Below are positions 25,379 through 34,035 of a stretch of 64,000 bases of DNA, one piece after another (positions within the stretch are counted from its first letter, which is position 1; each line of letters opens with the position of its first letter). Under the pieces are notes generated by a model, which was not told the origin of the DNA, searched no databases, and saw nothing but the letters and a program-made list of their open reading frames with translations. A program made the position numbers and the translations under genes. The DNA lies in the NCBI GenBank assembly GCA_041164425.1, contig JBEAPO010000127.1, positions 47,586-111,585 on the forward strand. The letters are read 5' to 3'. The stretch is from Actinomycetota bacterium. GTDB lineage: Bacteria; Actinomycetota; Acidimicrobiia; Acidimicrobiales; Ilumatobacteraceae.

Positions 25379-26356
25379 GTGTTTCCCGTCTCTCGTCCTC
25401 GCCGCCTGCGATCGTCCGCAGCGATGCGCGAGCTCGTCGCCGAAACGCGACTCAGCGTCAATGACGTCGTCGCACCGCTGTTCGTGCGTGAGGGAGTCGA
25501 CCAACCGCAGCCCATCGCCTCGTTGCCAGGCGTTGTCCAACATTCTCTCGCATCGCTTGAAACAGAGATCGCGGAGTTGATCGACCTCGGTGTGCGAGGC
25601 GTCGTTCTCTTCGGTGTGCCGCTCGCGAAAGACCCCATCGGTTCTGGCGCGTTCGACCCGAACGGCATCGTGCAGGTGGCATTGCGACGCTTGCGCGAAC
25701 GATTCGACGACCGCATCGTCTTGATGGCCGACCTGTGCGTCGATGAGTACACATCGCACGGCCACTGCGGCATCGTTGACGAAAAGGGTCACGTCGACAA
25801 CGATGCGACCCTCGAGGTTTACGTGAAGGCCGCTCTGGCGCAAGCGACCGCTGGCGCTCACGTCGTTGCACCCAGCGGAATGATGGACGGACAGGTTGCC
25901 GCAATCCGTGCCGGCCTTGACGGCGGTGGTTTCGGTGAGACTGCAATCATGGGCTACTCGGCAAAGTACGCATCGGCGTTGTACGGCCCGTTCCGCGATG
26001 CGGTCGACGTTCAGATTGCCGGCGGGGGAAACCGCAAGGGTTACCAACAGGACTGGCGCAACGCGCGCGAGGCATTGATCGAGGTGGCGGCCGACATCGA
26101 ACAGGGTGCTGACATCGTGATGGTGAAGCCAGCGGTGGCATACCTCGACGTGATCGCCGCCGTTCGCGCGATGACGGACCTGCCGCTCGCCGCGTACCAC
26201 GTGAGCGGTGAGTACTCGATGCTGAAAGCCGCGGCGGCGAACGGCTGGATCGACCACGACACCGTGGCGCTCGAGCACCTCACCGCGATCAAGCGCGCCG
26301 GCGCCGACTTCATTCTCACCTACCTCGCCCACTGGTTCGCCGAAACGGCCCGATAG
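25379..26356 (+). CDS. hemB: Porphobilinogen synthase (ALA dehydratase)
   Basis: RPRRLRSSAAMRELVAETRLSVNDVVAPLFV...DLCVDEYTSHGHCG...APSGMMDG...MVKPA...YHVSGEY. Confidence 0.9.
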   Translation: MFPVSRPRRLRSSAAMRELVAETRLSVNDVVAPLFVREGVDQPQPIASLPGVVQHSLASLETEIAELIDLGVRGVVLFGVPLAKDPIGSGAFDPNGIVQVALRRLRERFDDRIVLMADLCVDEYTSHGHCGIVDEKGHVDNDATLEVYVKAALAQATAGAHVVAPSGMMDGQVAAIRAGLDGGGFGETAIMGYSAKYASALYGPFRDAVDVQIAGGGNRKGYQQDWRNAREALIEVAADIEQGADIVMVKPAVAYLDVIAAVRAMTDLPLAAYHVSGEYSMLKAAAANGWIDHDTVALEHLTAIKRAGADFILTYLAHWFAETAR

Positions 26357-26391
26357 CGCACGACCTCCGGACACGGAGAAGGAGACCCATC

Positions 26392-27747
26392 ATGGCGGCC
26401 ACGCCGATCCCGTACTGCGACGAGAATTCATGTGCCGCCGCTGGATGCGAACCGACGCTGTGCACGGGTGCGGGTGTGCGGTCGAACGCGGTGCTGTACG
26501 AGCGTTCGGCACGTGCGATTCCGGGAGGGGTGAACAGTTCAATCCGTGCCTTCAAGGCCGTTGGCGGCAGCCCGTACATCGTTTCTCGTGCAGAGGGCGC
26601 ACACGTGTGGGACGTCGAAGGGAACCGATACGTCGATCTCGTGCAGAGTTACGGCGCGATCATCCTCGGCCATGCGCATCCCGCCGTCACCGCGGCGCTG
26701 CGGGCTGCAGCGCCGGACGGCACCTCGTACGGGGCTCCGACTCCTCGTGAGATGAAACTTGCCGAGGCGATCTCGTCGCGCGTCGCAAGCTGCGAACAGG
26801 TGCGTCTCATGAATAGCGGCACCGAGGCGACGAGCACCGCGGTTCGTCTTGCGCGCGGCGCGACCGGGCGCAAACGCGTGGTTATCTTCAACGGCAATTT
26901 TCACGGCGCCACCGATGCGTTGCTCGCGGCGGGGGGCAGTGGTGTCGCCACACTCGGTCTTCCCGGAACGGCAGGTGTGCCCGACGAAGCAGTCGCGAAC
27001 ACGATCGTCGCGCCGTACAACGTCGTTCCGACACTCGACGATCGCGTTGCGGCGGTCATCGTCGAACCGGTGGCCGCAAACATGGGTGTCGTTGCGCCGG
27101 CCCCCGGTTTCTTGAAGGGCCTGCGCCGCGAGTGCGACCGCGTCGGCGCACTGCTCGTCTTCGATGAAGTGATCACGGGCTTCCGTCTCGGCGCGGGTGG
27201 CGCCCAAGAGAAGTTCGACGTGTGCCCTGATCTCACTTGTTTCGGGAAGGTGATCGGTGGCGGCCTGCCGATCGGTGCCGTCGGCGGTCGGCGCGATCTC
27301 ATGGCGACGCTGTCACCTCTCGGCAAGGTGTTCCATGCAGGCACGCTCGCGGGCAATCCGATGGCAACGGCTGCGGGTCTCGCGGCTCTCAACGAACTGA
27401 CCGATGACGTGTACATGGAACTCGCCGCACGCGCCCGCCGTCTCGCATCGATGTTGCGTGACGCTTGCGCTGCCGCGGGCGTCACGGCGCAGTTCCCCGT
27501 GGTCGGGACACTCGTCGGCATGTTCATGGGTGAAGCCGCACGCGGCGCGTTACCCGTCAACTTCGAAGATGCAAAGACGACCGACGAGGCACTGTACGCA
27601 AAGATGTTCCACGCGATGTTGGCCGAGGGTGTTGCTCTCGCTCCGGGTGCCTATGAAGCATTGTTCGTGGGCCTAGGCCACGACGACGCGGTTCTCGTCA
27701 ATCTGGCCGAACGCGTGCACCGTGCCGCCGGCCGACTCGGGGTGTAG
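26392..27747 (+). CDS. hemL: Glutamate-1-semialdehyde 2,1-aminomutase with a Cys-rich N-terminal extension
   Basis: Core reads ARAIPGGVNSSIRAFKAVGG...FDEVITGFRL...GKVIGGGLPIGA. A strong SD, GAAGGAGA, precedes the ATG at 26392. The first ~28 aa, MAATPIPYCDENSCAAAGCEPTLCTGAG, are extra relative to typical HemL. Confidence 0.9.
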   Translation: MAATPIPYCDENSCAAAGCEPTLCTGAGVRSNAVLYERSARAIPGGVNSSIRAFKAVGGSPYIVSRAEGAHVWDVEGNRYVDLVQSYGAIILGHAHPAVTAALRAAAPDGTSYGAPTPREMKLAEAISSRVASCEQVRLMNSGTEATSTAVRLARGATGRKRVVIFNGNFHGATDALLAAGGSGVATLGLPGTAGVPDEAVANTIVAPYNVVPTLDDRVAAVIVEPVAANMGVVAPAPGFLKGLRRECDRVGALLVFDEVITGFRLGAGGAQEKFDVCPDLTCFGKVIGGGLPIGAVGGRRDLMATLSPLGKVFHAGTLAGNPMATAAGLAALNELTDDVYMELAARARRLASMLRDACAAAGVTAQFPVVGTLVGMFMGEAARGALPVNFEDAKTTDEALYAKMFHAMLAEGVALAPGAYEALFVGLGHDDAVLVNLAERVHRAAGRLGV

Positions 27748-27750
27748 ACG

Positions 27751-28347
27751 GTGCGTCAGGTGTTGACGTGGCGTTTCGCACTCGCGATCGGCGTGCCGCT
27801 GATTGCGGCTCTGGCCTGGTGGTTGATCGCCGTACGCGCGGCTGGCGACGCCGCGCAATCCGAACGAACGCACTTCGTTTCTTACACGGCGTCCGTTGTC
27901 ACGGTGCAGGCCGATCCGAACTGGGCCGTGAAGAATGGTCTGACGACGGGTACCGCGCGGCTTGCACTCGATGATGGGCGCACGCTCTACGTCGCCGAGG
28001 CGACGCTCGGCGAGATTCTTTGCACCGATTTCTCGACGCCCAACGCATGCGTGCTGCTGGCCGAGATGTTGGGTGATGCTCCGATCTGGTTTGCGCTCAC
28101 GCCGGCGTCGGGCGACGAGCCGCTGTCACGCTTGCCTTTGCCACCCGTCGTCGACATGTTGAACGAAGGCGACCATGCGGTTCTGGAAAACGGTTGGGTG
28201 GTGCCCCTCGCGACGCCGACGAAGCGGGAATGCGAAACCGCAACCGCGAATCTCCGCGAGTTCATCGAGCGGTTCGGTCCCGACATGGAGGTGTCGCTCG
28301 ACTTGTCGACCGATGCCATCGATACCGTGCGTTGCACGGCCGACTGA
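27751..28347 (+). CDS. Hypothetical N-terminally anchored/secreted protein
   Basis: 198 aa with a TM segment, FALAIGVPLIAALAWWLIAV. It lies 3 nt after hemL. I recognise no family. Confidence 0.5.
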   Translation: MRQVLTWRFALAIGVPLIAALAWWLIAVRAAGDAAQSERTHFVSYTASVVTVQADPNWAVKNGLTTGTARLALDDGRTLYVAEATLGEILCTDFSTPNACVLLAEMLGDAPIWFALTPASGDEPLSRLPLPPVVDMLNEGDHAVLENGWVVPLATPTKRECETATANLREFIERFGPDMEVSLDLSTDAIDTVRCTAD

Positions 28348-29658
28348 TCAGGCGTTAGGGAACAGACGAACGACTCTCGAGGCCGCCTTGTAGGCAGCCT
28401 CCGCCGGACCCGTTTCATCCGGCCTCAACAGGTTCGCCATGATGCGGAGCACCCACTCCATGAGTGAGCGACTCTGCATGCCGACTCGCGAGAGCTCGCG
28501 CATCAACGCGGGTCGACCGATGACACGCGCGAAGAGTCGCGCGACCTTGAAGTACTGGCCGTACTCGGCGTCGAGCAGCGCGGGATACTGCTGCAGCACC
28601 GACGCATTGCCGGTGAGAAGCGCCTCGTGCAGGACCTCTGCGGCCATTCGTGCGGTTTCGTACGCGTAGTCGATGCCTTCACCGTTGAACGGGTTCACGC
28701 TGCCAGCCGCGTCGCCGATGACTAGGTGGCTCGCACCGACTTTCGGACCGACGGAGCCGCCCATCGGGATGCGTCCCGCAGTGGCTTTCTGGGTTGGTGC
28801 TTCGGGATCGATCTTCCACGAGTCGGCGACCTGGTGTGCGTACGCATCGAGGAGATGCGAAGTGTTCACGTCCTTGAAGTCGCGGAACGTGGACAAGAGA
28901 CCGACGCCGATGTTGACCGTGCCGTCACCGACCGGGAAGATCCAGCCGTAACCGGGCATCGAATTGCCGTTGCGGTCTTTCACGTCGAGCGCCGACTCGA
29001 TCCACGGATCGGCATGCAACGGGGATTCCCAGTACGTGCGAATCGCGGTTCCGTAGGGCCACTCACGCGTGCGGTAGGTGCCGAGTGCCCGACCAATACG
29101 GCTGTTCGCACCGTCAGCGACGATCACGTATTCGGCCTTTACATCGATCGTCGAGTCGTCGCCCTTCTTCTTTGCGACCACGCCGCGCACACAACCACGG
29201 TCCATGATCGGTTCGAGGGCTTCGTGGCCTTCGAGCAGCGTTGCGCCACTCTTTGCTGCGTTGTGCGCAACCATCATGTCGAGGTCACGACGGCGCACGA
29301 CGTAGCCATGCTGTGGGTAGGTGGGGTGCGTGGGCCACTGAAGCTCGAGAGCCTTGCCGTGTGCGGTCGCACGCAGGCCTTCGTAGCGGTGGAACTTGGC
29401 GAGTTCATCGGCGAGACCCATGTCGCCCAGCTGCTTCACTGCACGCGGAGTGAGTCCGTCACCGCAAGTTTTTTCCCGCGGGTACGACTTTTTTTCGAGG
29501 ACGATGCAGTCGTGTCCCAACTGCGAGAGCCAATAGCCGGCAGCCGCTCCGGCAGGTCCGCCGCCAACGACGAGGACTTCTGTGGAGATTTCACTCGACG
29601 CGGCCATGCGGTCGAGGGTAGAGGCGACCCGCGATCGATGCGCCACCGTGCCCGCCAT
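28348..29658 (-). CDS. Geranylgeranyl reductase-family FAD oxidoreductase (MenJ-like menaquinone reductase candidate)
   Basis: EVLVVGGGPAGAAAGYWLSQLGHDCIVLEKKSYPREKTCGDGLTPRAV...GDAAGSVNPFNGEGI. An alternative ATG start lies at 29607. Confidence 0.75.
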   Translation of the reverse strand: MAGTVAHRSRVASTLDRMAASSEISTEVLVVGGGPAGAAAGYWLSQLGHDCIVLEKKSYPREKTCGDGLTPRAVKQLGDMGLADELAKFHRYEGLRATAHGKALELQWPTHPTYPQHGYVVRRRDLDMMVAHNAAKSGATLLEGHEALEPIMDRGCVRGVVAKKKGDDSTIDVKAEYVIVADGANSRIGRALGTYRTREWPYGTAIRTYWESPLHADPWIESALDVKDRNGNSMPGYGWIFPVGDGTVNIGVGLLSTFRDFKDVNTSHLLDAYAHQVADSWKIDPEAPTQKATAGRIPMGGSVGPKVGASHLVIGDAAGSVNPFNGEGIDYAYETARMAAEVLHEALLTGNASVLQQYPALLDAEYGQYFKVARLFARVIGRPALMRELSRVGMQSRSLMEWVLRIMANLLRPDETGPAEAAYKAASRVVRLFPNA

Positions 29659-29670
29659 GCGGGCGGTGAC

Positions 29671-30495
29671 TTACTTCGCTGCCGTGGTTTCGCGTGGGTC
29701 GACGCCCACCGCGTTCGGCGGGGGCATCAACGCCTTGAAGTCCTCGGTGAGGGATACGAACGACGTTGATCCGCCTTCGAGTGCGGCGAAGATTTCGGAC
29801 TCAGGCGAGCACCAGTGCTCGTACTCCGCAGCCCACCGCTCGTCCTTCGGGTCTGCGCCTGCGAGGTCGTAGCGAATGTGACAAACGACACCAAGGATCT
29901 CGTACTCGGTGAGGCCGCCGCCGTACTTCTCACCCTGCTGGGGCATCGGGTTGCCGTTGTAAGAGAGAGGTGCATGTGCGCCGCCCTCACGGTCAGGGTC
30001 TCCGTACACCTTGATTCCCGCAGCGGCGTAGGCCTGGCTGCCGGTGTAGACGAAGTTCAGCATGTCCTCGATGTGGGGGAACGTCTTTAGGACCTCGCCC
30101 TGGTACAGAACCCGACCCGCACCACCCTGGCCGGCGGCACCGTGGCAGCCTGCGCAGCCGCCCCAGACCTCGGTTCCCATGGCAATCGGGCCTTCAACGG
30201 TCTTTTCGGCGGGTTTAATAGCCAAAACGTACAGAAAACCCCAGACTGGCAGCAGGCTGAGGGTGGCCATTGCCCAAAACGGAATCTTGCGCCGGGCCTT
30301 GGCGGCAGCGACCACGGGGGAGTCGGGTTTGGCGACCTTGGGGGCGGGTTCGGGCTTCGATGCGGCCTTGGCGGGGGCGGATGCAGCCGGGACCGCGGGG
30401 GTCGAGGCACCCGAGGCCGCAGGGGCCGCATCTCCGGAACCGCCAGCGCGCCGATCGCGGGAACGCTTGAGGAGGTGCTCGGGGATTTCGGTCAC
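29671..30495 (-). CDS. Membrane-anchored monoheme c-type cytochrome
   Basis: One CxxCH motif (GGCAGCHGAAG). The N-terminus MTEIPEHLLKRS is followed by an Ala/Pro/Lys-rich linker and a TM helix, IPFWAMATLSLLPVWGFLYVLAI. GTG start. Confidence 0.8.
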   Translation of the reverse strand: MTEIPEHLLKRSRDRRAGGSGDAAPAASGASTPAVPAASAPAKAASKPEPAPKVAKPDSPVVAAAKARRKIPFWAMATLSLLPVWGFLYVLAIKPAEKTVEGPIAMGTEVWGGCAGCHGAAGQGGAGRVLYQGEVLKTFPHIEDMLNFVYTGSQAYAAAGIKVYGDPDREGGAHAPLSYNGNPMPQQGEKYGGGLTEYEILGVVCHIRYDLAGADPKDERWAAEYEHWCSPESEIFAALEGGSTSFVSLTEDFKALMPPPNAVGVDPRETTAAK

Positions 30496-30680
30496 GGTGC
30501 GTCAGCCTAATCCTTCGCGTGGCGCGAAAGGGAATCTAACGCGCGTGTTCCATGACGCACGTGCAAAAGAGAATGTCACCGAAATAGGGGCCGACCGTCG
30601 GGTGCTGACTAGTGTTCGTCAGGAAGTTTCAGGGCTTCCCTGTCCCCTCGGTAGAGGGCCCGGAAAGGATCTTCGGCGAA

Positions 30681-31157
30681 ATGCTGGCAATCGACGTTCT
30701 CAAGTGGCCGGGAGTGAACCAGGCGTTCATCTTCTCATTCCTCCTGACCACCGTCCTTGCTCTCGTCGTGATTCCGTACGGCAAGCGCCGCAAACCGGGC
30801 ATTCCAGTGTCGTGGGGCGAAGCGATGATCGGCGCAACTTTCATCTTCGCGGTGCTGTTCCTCGCATTCGGCGTCGTGCCCCACCAGTGGATCGACCACG
30901 CCGACAAGAACCTCGGATGGCGCAAGGACAAGCCCCTTCTGGGTCCTGGCGGGATCCTGAAGGCGCAATCGAGCGGCGGCAGTTTTCCGTTCGAGATTTC
31001 CTACGAGGCGTTGCGCGACATCATCGTCGTCGTGATCCACGCTTTCTACATCGGCCTCTTCATGTACCTCGCCGTGTGGTGGCAAAAGCGCGGACAGACC
31101 CAAGCCAAGGAACTCGAGACCTCGACGTACGGTCGTCCGCTCGTACGCAAGACCTGA
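30681..31157 (+). CDS. Small polytopic membrane protein, unknown function (first gene of the respiratory array)
   Basis: Three hydrophobic segments. ATG at 30681 follows GGAAAGGA. The track start, GTG at 30612, is possible but uses rare AGG and GTA codons. Confidence 0.5.
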   Translation: MLAIDVLKWPGVNQAFIFSFLLTTVLALVVIPYGKRRKPGIPVSWGEAMIGATFIFAVLFLAFGVVPHQWIDHADKNLGWRKDKPLLGPGGILKAQSSGGSFPFEISYEALRDIIVVVIHAFYIGLFMYLAVWWQKRGQTQAKELETSTYGRPLVRKT

Positions 31158-31207
31158 TCGAACACGAACGCGAAATTCACTGACAAGAAAGGGAAAGGAG
31201 ACACCAG

Positions 31208-31621
31208 ATGGCCAAGACAGATGCGAACCCACCCATGCCCGACTGGTCGACCGAGTACCAGTTGGTCGAAGTCGACGCCGACTACCTCACCAAAGCCGTC
31301 AAGCCCAAGCAATTCATCCACATCGACCAGTCCGAGTGCATCATGTGCGAGGGCTGCGTCGACATCTGCCCGTGGAAGTGCATCCACATGGTCGACCCCG
31401 ATGCCGTTGCAGAAGCGATCGGCACGGAACAGCCGGGACTCGACCCGCGCGACAACGTGATGTTCATCATCGACGACGACGTGTGCACGCGCTGCGCATT
31501 GTGCGTCGATCGTTGTCCGACCGGCGTCATCATTCTCGGCAAGGTCGGCGCACCCGTCGCCACCGGCGACTCTCACACTCGTACCAACAACCACGGCTAC
31601 GCCTACGGAATGCGTTTCTAG
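31208..31621 (+). CDS. 2x[4Fe-4S] ferredoxin-type protein
   Basis: Two motifs: CIMCEGCVDICP and CTRCALCVDRCP. A strong SD, GGGAAAGGAGA, is present. Confidence 0.85.
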   Translation: MAKTDANPPMPDWSTEYQLVEVDADYLTKAVKPKQFIHIDQSECIMCEGCVDICPWKCIHMVDPDAVAEAIGTEQPGLDPRDNVMFIIDDDVCTRCALCVDRCPTGVIILGKVGAPVATGDSHTRTNNHGYAYGMRF

Positions 31622-31633
31622 GAGCACCCCCAC

Positions 31634-32419
31634 ATGGCAAAGACGATTGACGACCAACCCACACCGACGCTGAAGGACCGCGTCTCGAAGATCGGTGAGC
31701 AGATGCAGGGCAGCCAGGCCTGGAACTCGATCTTCCGACCCGGCTCGATTTTCCGCAAGGGTTACACCGACTCACCGCGTAACCGTTCGTACGTCATCAT
31801 GAACTCGGTGCTGTACCACTTGCACCCCGTGAAGGTGAAGCGTCACGCGGTGAAGGTCAGCTACACGCTGTGCCTCGGTGGACTCTCCTTCTTCCTCTTC
31901 ATCCTGCTCACGGTGACGGGCATCTTCCTCATGTTCTTCTACCGACCGACTGCCGCGAACGCATGGCAGGACATCCAGACATTGCAAACGTCGGTGACGT
32001 TCGGTTTGTTGGTGCGAAACATGCACCGTTGGGGTGCGCACCTCATGGTGCTCACCGTGTTCTTGCACATGGCGCGCGTCTTCTATCACGGTGCATACAA
32101 GCCGCCGCGCGAGTTCAACTGGGTCATCGGCGTGATCCTGCTCACGCTCACCTTGTTGTTGTCGTTCACCGGTTACCTGCTCCCGTGGGACCAGTTGGCA
32201 CTGTGGGCCGTTGCGGTGGGTACCAACATGATGGGTTACACCCCGGTCTTCGGTAGCCAGGTGCGTTTCGTTCTGCTCGGTGGTGTCGAGATCGGATCCG
32301 AAACGTTGCTGCGTTGGTACGTGCTGCACGTGATCATGCTTCCGTTCGTCATCGTCATCTTCATGGCCATTCACTTCTGGCGCGTCCGCAAGGACGGCGG
32401 AATCTCCGGACCACTGTGA
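31634..32419 (+). CDS. Cytochrome b6-like subunit (N-terminal four-helix, bis-heme part of a split cytochrome b)
   Basis: Heme-ligand His pairs lie in VRNMHRWGAHLMVLTVFLHMARV and WYVLHVIMLPFVIVIFMAIHFWRV. The protein ends after helix D. Confidence 0.9.
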   Translation: MAKTIDDQPTPTLKDRVSKIGEQMQGSQAWNSIFRPGSIFRKGYTDSPRNRSYVIMNSVLYHLHPVKVKRHAVKVSYTLCLGGLSFFLFILLTVTGIFLMFFYRPTAANAWQDIQTLQTSVTFGLLVRNMHRWGAHLMVLTVFLHMARVFYHGAYKPPREFNWVIGVILLTLTLLLSFTGYLLPWDQLALWAVAVGTNMMGYTPVFGSQVRFVLLGGVEIGSETLLRWYVLHVIMLPFVIVIFMAIHFWRVRKDGGISGPL

Positions 32420-32434
32420 TGGAGGTAATCAACA

Positions 32435-33151
32435 ATGACTGAGATCCCCGAACACCTCCTAAAGCGCGCCCAAGCCGCGCGTGAAAAAGCAGCCGGCGGC
32501 GATGCTGCCGACGGCGCATCCGGTGGTGACCGCATTCCCGACCAACTGCTCGACCGCACGAAGGCGGCCGGCTCGGGTGTCGCCGTTGCCGACAAGCCGA
32601 CGACCGTCGTCGCCGCGGCCGCCGCAGGTGGTCTGCCGATCGGGGCCGGACCCGGCGGGCACACGCAGCGTTTGCTCACCGTCGTCAAGTCCGGATCGAT
32701 CCAGGAAGTCAAGGCGGCTCCGGTCGACAAGGTGCACACGTGGCCACACCTGCTTGCCGTCGAGTTCGTCGCAGCACTCGCCTGCACGGCGTTCCTCTTC
32801 GTCTTCTCGTGGTTCGTGAACGCGCCGTTGCTTCAGGCCGCGAACGTCAACCAAACCCCGAACCCCTCGAAGGCGCCGTGGTACTTCCTCGGTCTGCAGG
32901 AACTGTTGACGATGTTCCACCCGATGATCGCGGGCGTGACCCTGCCCGGCATGGGTCTCATCGCGTTGATCCTTGCGCCCTACATCGACAAGAACCCCTC
33001 GAACAAGCCCGAGGACCGCAAGTTCATCACCAGCCTGATGACCGTGCACCTCATGTTCTGGGCGGTGCTGGTCATGATCGGTTCGTTCTTCCGCGGCCCG
33101 GGATTCAACTTCGTGTTCCCGTGGCGCGACGGCATCTTCTTCGAGTTGTGA
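32435..33151 (+). CDS. Cytochrome b C-terminal / subunit IV-like protein (PetD/QcrC-N-like)
   Basis: PEWY-equivalent motif SKAPWYFLGLQELLTMFHP and three TM helices. N-terminus MTEIPEHLLKRAQAA. GGAGG SD. Confidence 0.85.
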   Translation: MTEIPEHLLKRAQAAREKAAGGDAADGASGGDRIPDQLLDRTKAAGSGVAVADKPTTVVAAAAAGGLPIGAGPGGHTQRLLTVVKSGSIQEVKAAPVDKVHTWPHLLAVEFVAALACTAFLFVFSWFVNAPLLQAANVNQTPNPSKAPWYFLGLQELLTMFHPMIAGVTLPGMGLIALILAPYIDKNPSNKPEDRKFITSLMTVHLMFWAVLVMIGSFFRGPGFNFVFPWRDGIFFEL

Positions 33152-33178
33152 TCATCGGGATCTGAGAGGAACACACAC

Positions 33179-34033
33179 ATGAGCACTCCCCTCATCATCG
33201 CGTTGGCGGTTGCGGCGATCGTCATCCTCGGCGGACTCGTGTTCGTCACCGCGGCGCGCAAGTCCGAGGTGCGTGGCGCGGGCGCACTGTCACGCGAAAC
33301 CAAGAAGCGCGACCGCGGCGCGGTCTCGGCCACCGCCGGTGCGTCGGGTCGCGCCTACGAATCGGCCGCAACATCCACCTCGACCGAGGTAGCCGTGCGT
33401 GATTCGGTCGAACTCACCGAATGGGTCGCACCGGATCCCGAAGCGCTCGGCGAAACGCGTCGTGCGTTCTTCAACCGCGCAACGGTGACGTTGATGAGCG
33501 CGTCGCTCGGCGCGTTCGGCGCATCGCTCGTCGGCTTTCTGTGGAAGGGCTCGGCCGGTGGTTTCGGTTCGAAGATCGCCGTTGGCAAGATCGATGACGT
33601 CCTGCAAGGCATCAAGTCGAACAAGGGCTTCATGTACTACCCCGAAGCACGCGCATGGGTGACGGAGTACCCGAAGGATTCGCTCGCAAAGGCACAGGCC
33701 GTCTACGGCAGCCAACCCGCGGTGCTCGCCGGCATGGAGGCCGGTGTCGTGGCCCTGTACCAGAAGTGCCCGCACCTCGGCTGTCGCGTCCCCGATTGCA
33801 AGAGCTCACAATGGTTCGAATGTGGTTGCCACGGATCGATGTACAACCGCGTCGGTGAGAAGAAGGGTGGTCCCGCTCCGCGCGGAATGGACCGCTTCGG
33901 CGTCGCCGTGAACAACGGCGTGCTTGTCATCGACACGGGTGCCGTCTTTGGTGGCCCGCCGATCGGCGTCAACACCACCGGGCAAGAAGCCGAAGGCCCG
34001 CACTGCCTGGCCGCCGGTGGGGGTGGTCACTGA
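33179..34033 (+). CDS. Rieske [2Fe-2S] iron-sulfur protein
   Basis: CPHLGCRV...CGCHGSMYN. There is an N-terminal TM helix plus an internal Tat-like TRRAFFNRATV before a second TM helix. Confidence 0.9.
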   Translation: MSTPLIIALAVAAIVILGGLVFVTAARKSEVRGAGALSRETKKRDRGAVSATAGASGRAYESAATSTSTEVAVRDSVELTEWVAPDPEALGETRRAFFNRATVTLMSASLGAFGASLVGFLWKGSAGGFGSKIAVGKIDDVLQGIKSNKGFMYYPEARAWVTEYPKDSLAKAQAVYGSQPAVLAGMEAGVVALYQKCPHLGCRVPDCKSSQWFECGCHGSMYNRVGEKKGGPAPRGMDRFGVAVNNGVLVIDTGAVFGGPPIGVNTTGQEAEGPHCLAAGGGGH

Positions 34034-34035
34034 CC

